The translations under genes were made by a program, and so were the position numbers. The notes under the pieces are model-generated. The model saw only the letters and a list, made by a program, of their open reading frames with translations, did no database searches and was not told where the DNA came from. Below, one piece after another: positions 9,846 to 19,022 of a stretch of DNA of 64,000 nucleotides. This stretch comes from Acidobacteriota bacterium (GTDB lineage: Bacteria; Acidobacteriota; UBA890; WLXD01): contig CAXWPH010000015.1 in assembly GCA_963666055.2 (NCBI GenBank), forward strand, positions 1,184,001-1,248,000, read 5' to 3'. Each line of letters begins with the position of its first letter. The first letter of the stretch is position 1.

Positions 9846-11811
9846 CCGACTGCTCGTTATCGCCCTCGGTGCTCTGGCATTGCCGGCCCTCGCCGCGGCG
9901 GCAGCACTGGCCGCCGGGCCAGCGGCCGAGGCGCCGGTCGCCGACGCGGCCATGCGCGGCGATGCCGATACGGTGCGGTCGCTGCTGCGCCAAGGTGCGG
10001 ACGTGAACGCGCCGCGTGGCGATGGCATGACCGCGCTGCACTGGGCCGCGATGAACGACGACACCGAGCTTATCGGCGTGCTGGTTTACGCCGGTGCGAT
10101 GGTGGAGCCGACGACGCGTCTGGGTGGCTACACGCCGCTGCACTTGGCCAGCCGCGAAGGGCGCGCGCTGGCCGTAGCGGCATTGCTCGGGGCTGGCAGC
10201 CAACCCGAGACCCTCACTTCGACGGGCGCCAGCGCCATCCACCTCGCCGCTCAGTCGGGCAGTACCGAGGCTATTCGAGCCCTGCTCTTGCATGGGGCCG
10301 ACGTCAATGCGAGGGACGCACGTGCCGATCGTACGCCGCTCATTTTTGCTACCGCCAAGGGCCGAACCACGGCGGTCGAGACCTTGCTCGCCGCCGGCGC
10401 CGACGTCACGCTGGCCACCCGAGTCGTCGACTACCGCGAGCGTGCGGATGCGGACGCGGTGCAGCGTCGCCGCCGGCAGCGCCTCATCGAGGCGGCCAAA
10501 GAGCCTGAGGAAGAGGAAGCTGAAGAGCCCGACGCGGCTGCCGTTCCGGACGAGCCCGATACCGCGCCGCCGGCGCCAGACGTTCAGAATCCGGACGAGC
10601 CCGATACCCCGACGAGTGTCCCGAGTGCTCCCGACCCGGACGAGCCCGATCATCCGACGACGGTGCCGGAGCCAGAGGATCCGGATTTGCCGGCGGCCGC
10701 CCCACACCCGGAGCCGGCTCACCCTGAGCAACCCGACGCCGAGCAGCCGGAGGAACCCGACAAGCCGGAAGAGCCGGAGCCACCCTCGTACACCGACCTG
10801 GTGGGCGCTCAGGGCGGCATGACGGCGTTGCACTACGCGGCGCGCGATGGCCGCAGCGATGTGGTTTCTCGCCTGCTCGAGGCCGGCGCCGACGTCAATC
10901 AGACGACTGTTGGCGACGTCTCGACGCCACTGTTGGTAGCCATCATCAACGGCAATTTCGACCTCGCGATGATGCTGCTCGGTGTCGGAGCCGAACCCAA
11001 CCTGGTCAGCGAGGACGGAGTGGGGCCCCTCTTCGCGACGATCAATAGCGAATGGGCGTTGCGCACCTGGTACCCGCAGCCGACGGCCTCCAAGCAGCAG
11101 GAGACCTCATACGTTGAGCTGATGGGCGCGTTGTTGGCTGCCGGAGCCGATCCCGATGCGCGTGTCAGTACGCATGTCTGGTACGCGGCCTACAACGCCG
11201 GGCGCATGGGGGTGGACTTCGCCGGCGCAACGCCTTTCTGGCGCGCTGCGTACTCGTTGGACGTCGCCGCCATGCGCATGCTCGTGGCAGCGGGCGCGGA
11301 TCCGAACATTCGCACGAAGAAGCCGGCGGAGCGCCGTCGTCGGTTTGATGGCGCCGGCCCTCCGGGCGCACAGCAAGCGGCGGAGGAAGAGGAAGACGAG
11401 GACAAGTCGGGCCTGCCTCCGGTGCTCGTCGGCGGGCCGGCGGTCCACCCGCTGCACGCTGCCACCGGCGTGGGCTACGGAACCTCGCGGGTCGGACAGC
11501 AGCATCGCTACGTACCCGACGGCTGGATTCCGGCAGCGAAGTATCTCATCGAGGAGCTCGGGATCGACGTCAACCTCCGGGATCACGCTGGGTACTCGGC
11601 CTTGCACAACGCCGCAGCGCGCGGCGACAACGAGCTCGTCGAGTATCTGGTTTCTCAGGGGGCCGACATCATGGTCGTGAGTCGCAAGGGCCAGACGACG
11701 GTCGACATGGCCAACAGCCCGCACCAGCGAGTGCAGCCTTATCCCGACACAGTCGGGCTGCTGGAGAGCCTGGGCGCCGTCAACAACAACGACTGCAGCG
11801 CCTGCGACTGA
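9838..11811 (+). CDS. Secreted ankyrin-repeat protein with a Pro/Glu/Asp-rich insert and C-terminal CxxC
   Basis: Signal peptide; repeated GxT(P/A)LHxAA...GADVN units; ends NNNDCSACD; overlaps the upstream stop. Confidence 0.9.
   Translation: MRNRLLVIALGALALPALAAAAALAAGPAAEAPVADAAMRGDADTVRSLLRQGADVNAPRGDGMTALHWAAMNDDTELIGVLVYAGAMVEPTTRLGGYTPLHLASREGRALAVAALLGAGSQPETLTSTGASAIHLAAQSGSTEAIRALLLHGADVNARDARADRTPLIFATAKGRTTAVETLLAAGADVTLATRVVDYRERADADAVQRRRRQRLIEAAKEPEEEEAEEPDAAAVPDEPDTAPPAPDVQNPDEPDTPTSVPSAPDPDEPDHPTTVPEPEDPDLPAAAPHPEPAHPEQPDAEQPEEPDKPEEPEPPSYTDLVGAQGGMTALHYAARDGRSDVVSRLLEAGADVNQTTVGDVSTPLLVAIINGNFDLAMMLLGVGAEPNLVSEDGVGPLFATINSEWALRTWYPQPTASKQQETSYVELMGALLAAGADPDARVSTHVWYAAYNAGRMGVDFAGATPFWRAAYSLDVAAMRMLVAAGADPNIRTKKPAERRRRFDGAGPPGAQQAAEEEEDEDKSGLPPVLVGGPAVHPLHAATGVGYGTSRVGQQHRYVPDGWIPAAKYLIEELGIDVNLRDHAGYSALHNAAARGDNELVEYLVSQGADIMVVSRKGQTTVDMANSPHQRVQPYPDTVGLLESLGAVNNNDCSACD
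10546..10680 (+). repeat. Intragenic 45-bp-period tandem repeat (PDEPD units)
   Basis: ccggacgagcccgat occurs at 10546, 10591 and 10636. Confidence 0.8.
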
Positions 11812-11977
11812 GTCGAAGGATCAGCAAGACGTCGCCGCTATGCGGCACACGTGCGTGCAGTGCGCACCGGCCGACATAGCCCCGCCGCCGCAGCCTACAA
11901 TGATCTCGAGTCGCCGCCGCGGCGGATCCCGAACCGACCCGTTCGATGGCGATCGGCGACCGACTGGGAGATCCGGA

Positions 11978-12631
11978 GTGAAGTTGTTTCGTGCCATTCG
12001 AGACGATATCGATTCCATCATGGTGCGCGATCCGGCCGCCTGCTCGCGTCTCACGGTGCTGTTCGCCTACCCGGGCTTCCACGCTGTCTTGATCCACCGG
12101 CTCGCCAATCTGTTCGACCGCAATGGTCTCTGCTTCCTCGGGCGGATGGTGTCGCATCTGGGCCGCTTCCTCACCAGCATCGAGATTCACCCCGGTGCTC
12201 AGCTTGGCTGCCGTCTGTTCATTGATCACGGGGTCGGATGTGTGATCGGCGAGACCACCATCATCGGCGACGACGTGACCCTGTATCAGGGCGTCACGCT
12301 CGGAGGTGTCACGTTGGCGCCCGAGAAACGCCACCCGACCCTGGAGGACAGCGTCATCGTCGGCGCCGGCGCCAAGGTGCTGGGGCCCTTCACGGTGGGC
12401 GCCGGGGCGCGGATCGCAGCCAACGCAGTGGTGCTGAAGGAGGTCCCTCCGGGGGTGACCGTGGCGGGCGTGCCCGCCCGGGCGATGCAGAGCCGGGTGC
12501 GGGAGCCAGCCTTCCGTGCCTATGGAATGCCGGGCGCAGACGTCCCCGATCCCGTCGCTGGGGCGCTCGATACGCTCACCGGCGAGGTCAATACGCTGCG
12601 CAAGCGGCTCGACGAACTGGAGCAGAAATGA
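11978..12631 (+). CDS. cysE: Serine O-acetyltransferase
   Basis: RDPAA, EIHPGA, FIDHG, KRHPTL hexapeptide-repeat motifs; GTG start; coupled to cysteine synthase. Confidence 0.93.
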   Translation: MKLFRAIRDDIDSIMVRDPAACSRLTVLFAYPGFHAVLIHRLANLFDRNGLCFLGRMVSHLGRFLTSIEIHPGAQLGCRLFIDHGVGCVIGETTIIGDDVTLYQGVTLGGVTLAPEKRHPTLEDSVIVGAGAKVLGPFTVGAGARIAANAVVLKEVPPGVTVAGVPARAMQSRVREPAFRAYGMPGADVPDPVAGALDTLTGEVNTLRKRLDELEQK

Positions 12632-13641
12632 GCACAAGCCACACCCCGGTCCGCGAAGGGTTCGTGGGCGCGGTTGGCAACACACCTTTGATTCGCTTGC
12701 CGGGCCCCTCACAGGCGACCGGCTGTGAGATTCTCGGCAAGGCAGAGTTCCTGAACCCCGGCGGCTCGGTCAAGGACCGCGCCGCGTTATCGATGATCCA
12801 GCAGGCCGAGCGAGACGGTACGTTGCGGCCCGGCGGTTTGATCGTCGAGGGAACTGCCGGGAACACCGGCATCGGGTTGGCGCTGGTCGCCAACGCCCGC
12901 GGGTATCGGACCCTCATCGTCATGCCGGACAATCAGAGCCAGGAGAAGAAGGACATGCTCCGGCTGTGCGGCGCCGAGGTCATGGAGGTGCCGGCGGCAC
13001 CCTACAAGGAGCCCGGCAACTACGTGCGGGTATCGGAGCGCGTCGCCGCCGAGAAGGCCGAAACAGAGGCCGACGGCGTGCTCTGGGCGAACCAGTGGGA
13101 CAACCCCGCCAACTGGGGGGCGCACTACCACACGACGGGCCCGGAGATTTGGGGCCAGACCGACGGCAAGCTCGACGCCTTCATCTGCGCGATCGGAACT
13201 GGTGGGACGATGGGCGGGGTCAGCAAGTACCTCAAGGAGATGAACCCTGACGTGACCATTGGGCTTGCCGATCCCATGGGCGCGGCGATGTACCGGTACT
13301 TCACCGACGGCGAGCTCGAGAGCGAGGGCAGCTCGATCGCCGAGGGCATTGGACAGAGTCGCATTACCGGAAACGTCGCAGAGGTCCGCATCGACGTGCC
13401 AATCCGGATCACCGATGCTGAGGCACTACCGGTGCTCTTCGACCTGTTGAAGAACGACGGTCTGTGCCTGGGTGGATCCAGTGCGATCAACGTGACCGGA
13501 GCCATGCGCCTGGCCGACAAGCTCGGCCCCGGTCATACGATCGTGACCATCCTCGGCGACAGCGGCCAGCGATACCAGAGCAAGCTCTTCAACCCCGTTT
13601 TCCTGCGCCAGAACGACCTGCCCGTACCCGACTGGCTGTAG
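12628..13641 (+). CDS. cysK: Cysteine synthase (O-acetylserine sulfhydrylase family)
   Basis: VGNTPLIRL, NPGGSVKDR (PLP lysine), GTAGNTG, GTGGT; ATGA overlap with cysE. Confidence 0.88.
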   Translation: MSTSHTPVREGFVGAVGNTPLIRLPGPSQATGCEILGKAEFLNPGGSVKDRAALSMIQQAERDGTLRPGGLIVEGTAGNTGIGLALVANARGYRTLIVMPDNQSQEKKDMLRLCGAEVMEVPAAPYKEPGNYVRVSERVAAEKAETEADGVLWANQWDNPANWGAHYHTTGPEIWGQTDGKLDAFICAIGTGGTMGGVSKYLKEMNPDVTIGLADPMGAAMYRYFTDGELESEGSSIAEGIGQSRITGNVAEVRIDVPIRITDAEALPVLFDLLKNDGLCLGGSSAINVTGAMRLADKLGPGHTIVTILGDSGQRYQSKLFNPVFLRQNDLPVPDWL

Positions 13642-13670
13642 CCCGCCACACTTCCACCAGGGCGTGCTAG
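13642..13670 (-). repeat. Degenerate solo terminus of the 279-bp MITE family
   Basis: Minus strand ctagcacgccctggtggaagtgtggcggg resembles the TIR ctagcaggccgtggtgaaagtgtggtggg; its TAG is the stop of the minus-strand CDS. Confidence 0.65.
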
Positions 13671-14506
13671 AAGGTCTGGAAAACCCCGATATTGAAGACC
13701 GGCCCGGCCGGCCAGTTTTGCCCGCTAATGCTCAGAGGTACTGACAGCTCCAGGGTGCGGCGGGGCGATAGCTCCACCATCACGCCGGGCTCCATGTACA
13801 CGATGCGTCGCTCGAGCGACCGCAAGGGCAAGCCGAAGCTGGTGGTCTCGAGGCCGTGCAGTCCCCGGACTAGGGCCTTGAGAGTAATGCGTGAGGCGAC
13901 GCCGTAGCCTGCCTCGAAGCTCCAGAGCACCTCGTTGCCATGGTGAATGCCAGTCTCCTTGTTAGCTGCTCGCCACCGGTAGCCGATCAAGGCGGTCACG
14001 TAGCCGGGACGCGGCCAGAGGGAACGAGCGATCTCCGCGGTAATCTCGAAATCGTACTGGCCCTCGCCCACCGGCACGATCTCGGCGTCGTTGACGAACT
14101 CGCCTGTCGGAAACTTGACCGTCGCACCCAGGGTGGCCACGATCGGGCCCGGTAAGACGTTGTAGCGCAGTCCCACACGCAGATCGCCGATGCCAGTGGT
14201 GTTGCGCTCGGCGGCGAAATCGTCGAACGAGATGCTGAAGAACGGCAGCTGGACGGCCGCCTCTAGCCGATCCGAGATGCCGTGCCGGAGATCGACAAAG
14301 GCCGCCAGAGTTTGGTTGTGTCCTTCGAAGAAATAGGGAATGCGGCGCCCGTCGATGAAATAGCGGTCGTTGGTAATCTGCACCATGAAGCCGGTGCGCA
14401 GCCAGGTTGTCCCGCGCGACAGCGTCCACCCGCCGGCCTGGGCGTCGTCCTGTAGACTCGGCAAAAGCAGCAAGATTGCCGCAGCGATCATTGTCGTGGC
14501 GCTCAT
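13667..14506 (-). CDS. Outer-membrane beta-barrel 'transporter' (phenol/MetA-pathway-like family)
   Basis: Signal peptide, GIGDLRVGLRY and VKFPTG motifs, amphipathic strands, terminal Phe. Confidence 0.7.
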   Translation of the reverse strand: MSATTMIAAAILLLLPSLQDDAQAGGWTLSRGTTWLRTGFMVQITNDRYFIDGRRIPYFFEGHNQTLAAFVDLRHGISDRLEAAVQLPFFSISFDDFAAERNTTGIGDLRVGLRYNVLPGPIVATLGATVKFPTGEFVNDAEIVPVGEGQYDFEITAEIARSLWPRPGYVTALIGYRWRAANKETGIHHGNEVLWSFEAGYGVASRITLKALVRGLHGLETTSFGLPLRSLERRIVYMEPGVMVELSPRRTLELSVPLSISGQNWPAGPVFNIGVFQTF

Positions 14507-14732
14507 CCGCCGCCAGCGATGTCGACTTGGCTTCACGCCGTGGTGCTCGGGGTCAGGTTCTTGATTTGGCATCGATTCTGCAACGTAGCATTGACGCCTC
14601 TTCCGGCGGTGCGGGCCGCTACCTGGCCGTGTTGCAGCGCTGACAGACGGCACCAGCAGCTTATCGACAGAGGGTGAGCCCGACGTTACCTTGGTTGGAT
14701 AGGCAGCCCTACGTTTCTCCAATGGAGCCTTC

Positions 14733-15802
14733 ATGTCTCCACGACACGTCCACCTGTGGACCGTTGCCCTGCTCGCGGCCGGTGTGTTGATACCCGCGGC
14801 CGCTGGGGCAAAGTTGCAGCACTGTCTCAATTCCGAGCTACCCATTCTCTCCGGAGGGGTAGGACGGGAGGGGATCCCGGCGCTGACGAACCCGGTGCTC
14901 GCATCAGCGGCGGCGGGCGACGGCTTCATGGCCCCGACGGACATGGTGCTCGGAGTCGTTATCAACGGCACCGCGCGTGCCTATCCGCACCGCGTCCTCT
15001 GGTGGCACGAGATCATCAACGACGTGATCGACAGCGTCCCGCTCGCGGTGACGTACTGTCCGCTCACTGGAAGCGGTCTGGTGTACGACCCGGTGATCGG
15101 CGGAGAGCACGTGACCTTCGGGACCTCGGGACTGCTGCTCGAAAGCAACCTGATCATGTTCGACCGCACCACCGAGACCCTCTACGCGCAGATGAAGGTG
15201 TTGGCAATCTGTGGGCCGGATCGTGGCTTCGTGCCGTCGCTTATTCCGGTCGCTCAGTCGACCTGGGCGGCGTGGAAGGCGTTACACCCCGCCATTACTC
15301 GAAATACCCTTATGGCACCTACGATCAGATCGACGAGCCACTGTTGATATTCCCGGTGACCGTGTTTGACCAGCGCCTGCCGAGCAAGCTGCTGGTGCAC
15401 GGAATCGAACACGAGGGGAAGGCCAAGGCCTACCCTTACGACGCGCTCGCCTCGCGAGGCAGACGCGTGGCGGTGAACGACGAGGTCAACGGTCGACCAG
15501 TGCTCGTCGTGTTCGATGCGGATGGCGAGATGGTGTTGTCGTTCGATCGCCGGGTACAAGTACGGAAGAAGAACGGTAAGCTCCGCACCCGGACGCTGAC
15601 CTTCGACGTGGTCGACCCCGACGTGTTTCCGTTCCAGCTCGAGGATGTGAACACCGGCACGCGCTGGAATCTCTTCGGGGAGCCTGTGCAAGGATCACTA
15701 GTGGGCCAACTGGTGGGCGACCGATTGCCGCGGATCACCAACGCTCACACGGCGTTCTGGTTCGCCTGGGCGGCGTTCAACATCGGTACCGACATCTTCT
15801 AG
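14733..15802 (+). pseudogene. DUF3179 family protein, frameshifted with an internal deletion near 15290
   Basis: N-half has GIPAL, HEIIND, TYCPLTGS, NLIMFDR; after WKALHP the family-like text continues in another frame to FWFAWAAF. Confidence 0.75.
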
Positions 15803-16007
15803 CAGGCCGTGGTGAAAGTGTGGTGGGTCTGGCGACAGGGTCTTGCGAAGTGTAGGCAAGGAGAGAGGAGGAGGCGATGGATTTGGGGCCATCTGCAGCG
15901 TTGGCTTTCCTCGACGATGGCTAGGGCATCGCCTGTGTCAGGCCGCCTTGCATCTGGCCCCAACTCGCCGTAACCAGACCCACCACACTTTCACCACGGC
16001 CTGCTAG
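15799..16007 (+). mobile_element. MITE-like element, 209-bp internally deleted copy
   Basis: 34-bp TIR ctagcaggccgtggtgaaagtgtggtgggtctgg...ccagacccaccacactttcaccacggcctgctag; near-identical to 17275-17553 but lacking 70 bp; sits on the DUF3179 TAG stop. Confidence 0.85.
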
Positions 16008-16114
16008 CCGCGGCCACCCGGAGGGGTGGGCCGAGACGCGACGACCTCCGTTTCGTGATAAGTGAACGGCACTGTTCAAGGCTGTTCCTTGCACCGGACC
16101 CGAGGGAGCAAGCG

Positions 16115-16633
16115 ATGACCGGGGCCGATTGGCGGCGAGATATTTTCCAAGCGCTGGTGGATCTTGATGTCCGCCAGGTCGCTTTTGTCCCCGATGCCGG
16201 GCACACACGATTGATCGAAATGTGCTGCGACGACAGCCGCATCGTTACGGTGCCGTTGACCACGGAGGAGGAGGGTGTTGCGCTGCTCGCCGGCGCCTGG
16301 CTGGGCGGTCAGCGCGGTGCGCTGCTGATGCAGAGTAGCGGCGTTGGCAACTGCATCAACATGTTGACGTTGGTGAAGAGTTGCCGCTTCCCGGCATTGA
16401 TTATTGTCGCCATGCGCGGTCAGTGGGGCGAGACCAATCCGTGGCAGATGGCGATGGGCCAGGCGACCACAGAATCGCTACGTTTGATGGGCGTGGTGTC
16501 GATCGATGCCGACCGGGCCGAGGAGGTGGGAGCCGCCGTAAAGGCCGCCGGCGACATGGCGTTCAACGGAGCTGGCGGTGCCGCCGTCCTGCTGTCGCAG
16601 CGCCTGATCGGCGCCAAGGTATTCGAGGACTAG
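16115..16633 (+). CDS. comD: ThDP-dependent sulfopyruvate/phosphonopyruvate decarboxylase, alpha subunit
   Basis: FVPD, TTEEEGVALLAGAWLGG, LMQSSGVGNCIN, MRGQWGETNPWQ. Confidence 0.75.
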   Translation: MTGADWRRDIFQALVDLDVRQVAFVPDAGHTRLIEMCCDDSRIVTVPLTTEEEGVALLAGAWLGGQRGALLMQSSGVGNCINMLTLVKSCRFPALIIVAMRGQWGETNPWQMAMGQATTESLRLMGVVSIDADRAEEVGAAVKAAGDMAFNGAGGAAVLLSQRLIGAKVFED

Positions 16634-16647
16634 CAGGCCGTGGTGGA
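16630..16647 (+). repeat. Short solo MITE terminus on the comD stop codon
   Basis: ctagcaggccgtggtgga matches the first 16 nt of the TIR. Confidence 0.6.
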
Positions 16648-16654
16648 TAGGCCG

Positions 16655-17260
16655 ATGGATGCCGCGCGTGCCACGACCTACCCACTGCGCCGCCGCGAGG
16701 TGGTTTCGAGCCTGCTGTTCGACCGCGGCGAGCTCTTGGTCATTGCCGGTTTGGGCGCCCCGGCGTGGGATGCCACCGCGGCTGGGGATTCGCCATTGAC
16801 CTTCCCGTTGTGGGGAGCGATGGGCGGCGCGTCGTCGATGGGTCTTGGCCTCGCTATCGCCCGGCCCGAGCGGCGAGTGCTGGTGCTGACCGGCGACGGC
16901 GAGATGCTGATGGGCATGGGGTCGCTTGCTACGGTCGCCGCCTTGGCGCCCGGCAATCTGGCGATCGCCGTGCTCGACAACGAGCGTTATGGTGAGACGG
17001 GAATGCAGCCCACCCACACTGCGGGCACAACCGACCTCGCCGCGATCGCTGCGGCCGCCGGCATACCGGTGACCGGCACGGCGCACGATGCCCAAGGGCT
17101 GAAACGGGCGCTAAGCGATCTGCGCGGTGCGGTGGGGCCGGTCTTTTACGCCATCAAGGTGCGGGCGGAAGAGCTTCCTCTAGCCCTGCCGCCGCGCGAT
17201 GGCGTGTGGTTGAAGGACCGGTTTCGAACGGCGCTGTTGGGAGACGGAGCTTCAACCTGA
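16655..17260 (+). CDS. comE: ThDP-dependent sulfopyruvate/phosphonopyruvate decarboxylase, beta subunit
   Basis: WGAMG and the ThDP-binding GDGEMLMG...LDNERYGETGMQPT motif. Confidence 0.75.
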   Translation: MDAARATTYPLRRREVVSSLLFDRGELLVIAGLGAPAWDATAAGDSPLTFPLWGAMGGASSMGLGLAIARPERRVLVLTGDGEMLMGMGSLATVAALAPGNLAIAVLDNERYGETGMQPTHTAGTTDLAAIAAAAGIPVTGTAHDAQGLKRALSDLRGAVGPVFYAIKVRAEELPLALPPRDGVWLKDRFRTALLGDGAST

Positions 17261-17274
17261 CGCCGATGGATCGA

Positions 17275-17553
17275 CTAGCAGGCCGTGGTGAAAGTGTGGT
17301 GGGACTGGCGACAGGGACTTGCGAAGTGGAGGCAAGGAGAGAGGAGGAGGCGATGGTTACCCCATCGTTGACGAGGAACGACGCAGGATACGCGCGCAAC
17401 CCCCTGTCGCCCGAAGGGTTACGACGATTTGGGGCCATCTGCAGCGTTGGCCTTCCTCGACGATGGCTAGAGCATCGCCTGTGTCAGGCCGCCTTGCATC
17501 TGGCCCCAACTCGCCGTAACCAGACCCACCACACTTTCACCACGGCCTGCTAG
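17275..17553 (+). mobile_element. MITE-like element, full-length 279 bp
   Basis: 34-bp TIRs bounded by CTAG, two internal hairpin arms, no coding capacity; near-identical copy at 46144-46422. Confidence 0.88.
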
Positions 17554-17666
17554 CGCGTTCCGAGGCCTGCCGTTTCGCGTGTCAACGGATCTCGGGTGTC
17601 GCGAGTACAGGGTGGCGAGGAGTGTCCTGAAGACATTCCCAGGTACACGCGCACCGGAGAGAATCC

Positions 17667-18035
17667 ATGAAGACACTGCACAGTGCTTTGATGGCCGTGA
17701 TGTTATGCGCCGTCCTGGTGGTCGCCGCCGGGTTCATGCCGCCGCGGAGCCTCATCGCCGAGGTCCAACATGGCGAGGCCGATGACCCACAGGCTCATTT
17801 CGAGGTAGTCGCCAAGCAACTCGACTTGACCGCCGACCAACAGGAGGCCATCGCGCCGTCCTTTCACCAAGCGTTCGCGGCGATGCAGGAGCTGCAGCGA
17901 CTCCACGAGACAATCGCTGCGGAGCTTACCCACGAGCAGCAGCAAAAGCTCGCCCAGATAATCCACCATGCGTTCGGCGGCTCCATGTCACAAGAAGGGC
18001 ATGGCCGGAGGCATCACGGGCAGGGTAGCCGCTGA
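17667..18035 (+). CDS. Small periplasmic helical protein, Spy/CpxP-like, with a His-rich tail
   Basis: Signal peptide; LDLTADQQ and ELTHEQQQKL LTxxQ motifs. Confidence 0.6.
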   Translation: MKTLHSALMAVMLCAVLVVAAGFMPPRSLIAEVQHGEADDPQAHFEVVAKQLDLTADQQEAIAPSFHQAFAAMQELQRLHETIAAELTHEQQQKLAQIIHHAFGGSMSQEGHGRRHHGQGSR

Positions 18036-18039
18036 CCGA

Positions 18040-18072
18040 CTAGCAGGCCGTGGTGGAGGTGTGGTGGGCCGG
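18040..18072 (+). repeat. Solo MITE terminus
   Basis: ctagcaggccgtggtggaggtgtggtgggccgg closely matches the TIR. Confidence 0.75.
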
Positions 18073-18111
18073 GTCCCGGGGGCAGCTGACATATGCTCCC
18101 GGGAGGGAGCC

Positions 18112-18666
18112 ATGAGCGATGCAGCGGAACCAACCGACGAGGAGCTGGCGCGGGCGGCCAAGCGCGGCGACGCGGTTGCCTACGACGCGCTTGCGCGGCG
18201 CTACCTGCGCCCCGCCATGGCCCTCGCCTGGCAATATGCGCGCCGCGTCGAGGATGCCGAGGACGTCGTCCAGGATGCGTTTCATCGAGCTGTGCGCTCG
18301 CTGGCCAGCTACGATGATCGACGCCCGTTCAGTGCCTGGTTTTACGCCATCGTTCGAAACGTGGCGCGAACCGCGATCAGCAAGGATGGCAGGCGCGCGG
18401 CTCTCGCTCCGCTCACCTTGCTCGACACCGAACCGCCGACGCCGACCATCGCCGATCCGGTCGTCGTCGGTGACGTCGAGCGGGCCATCGAGGCACTCGC
18501 ACCAATGCAGCAAGCGTGTGTTCGTCTCTGCGACATCGAAGGCTATACGAGTGTCGAGGCTGCCCGGATGCTCGGCGTCGGCGAGACCACGGTTCGCACC
18601 CATGTGCACCGCGCACGCAAGCAGCTGCGGGCCGTCATCGGCCCTCGGCAAGGTATCCTGCAGTGA
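18112..18666 (+). CDS. ECF RNA polymerase sigma factor
   Basis: DAEDVVQDAF, FSAWFYAIVRN, region 4 EAARMLGVGETTVRTHVHRAR. Confidence 0.92.
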   Translation: MSDAAEPTDEELARAAKRGDAVAYDALARRYLRPAMALAWQYARRVEDAEDVVQDAFHRAVRSLASYDDRRPFSAWFYAIVRNVARTAISKDGRRAALAPLTLLDTEPPTPTIADPVVVGDVERAIEALAPMQQACVRLCDIEGYTSVEAARMLGVGETTVRTHVHRARKQLRAVIGPRQGILQ

Positions 18667-19022
18667 TGGCTGAGCTCCCGAGGTCGCAGCTGCCGCAAGA
18701 ACCCGAGTACTGGGAGCAGCTGGCGCGAAGGATTCGCCAGGACGCGGTCGGCCCGCTCGCCGCGCACGCCGCAGCCCACGACGCGTGGTACGGCGTGTTG
18801 GCCCGGCGTGCGCCCTGGCTGGTGGCGGCGTCGGCGGCCGCCATGCTCGTTCTGTGGCTTGTCCTGCCGTTGCCAGACGCCTCCGCATCCTTCCGTCCGA
18901 TCGAGCATTCGCTGGAGCCCAGTGAGGTCGCCGGAACGCTAGTCGGCGGTCCGGCGCCGCCCAGCGTCGACGTGCTGATGGTGCAGTTTCCGCCCGCGCT
19001 CGACGTCGAGGCGCGGCAGTGA
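18666..19022 (+). CDS. Putative single-TM anti-sigma factor
   Basis: Translationally coupled to the ECF gene; YWEQLARRI followed by one TM helix. Confidence 0.6.
   Translation: MAELPRSQLPQEPEYWEQLARRIRQDAVGPLAAHAAAHDAWYGVLARRAPWLVAASAAAMLVLWLVLPLPDASASFRPIEHSLEPSEVAGTLVGGPAPPSVDVLMVQFPPALDVEARQ

Noticed and set aside
15345-15347. TGA ending the first DUF3179 ORF as possible selenocysteine
   Set aside because: The TGA lies after the frameshift in non-homologous sequence; readthrough would not restore the C-terminal frame
17206-17553. Repeated short ORFs such as LAGRGESVVGL...HHTFTTAC (also near 15921-16263, 43693-43947, 46144-46764)
   Set aside because: They are translations of the palindromic MITE, with no RBS or protein motifs
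15799-18072. Clustered repeats as a CRISPR array or integron attC sites
   Set aside because: No regular repeat-spacer period, no cas or intI gene, and the ends are TIRs rather than RYYYAAC/GTTRRRY boxes
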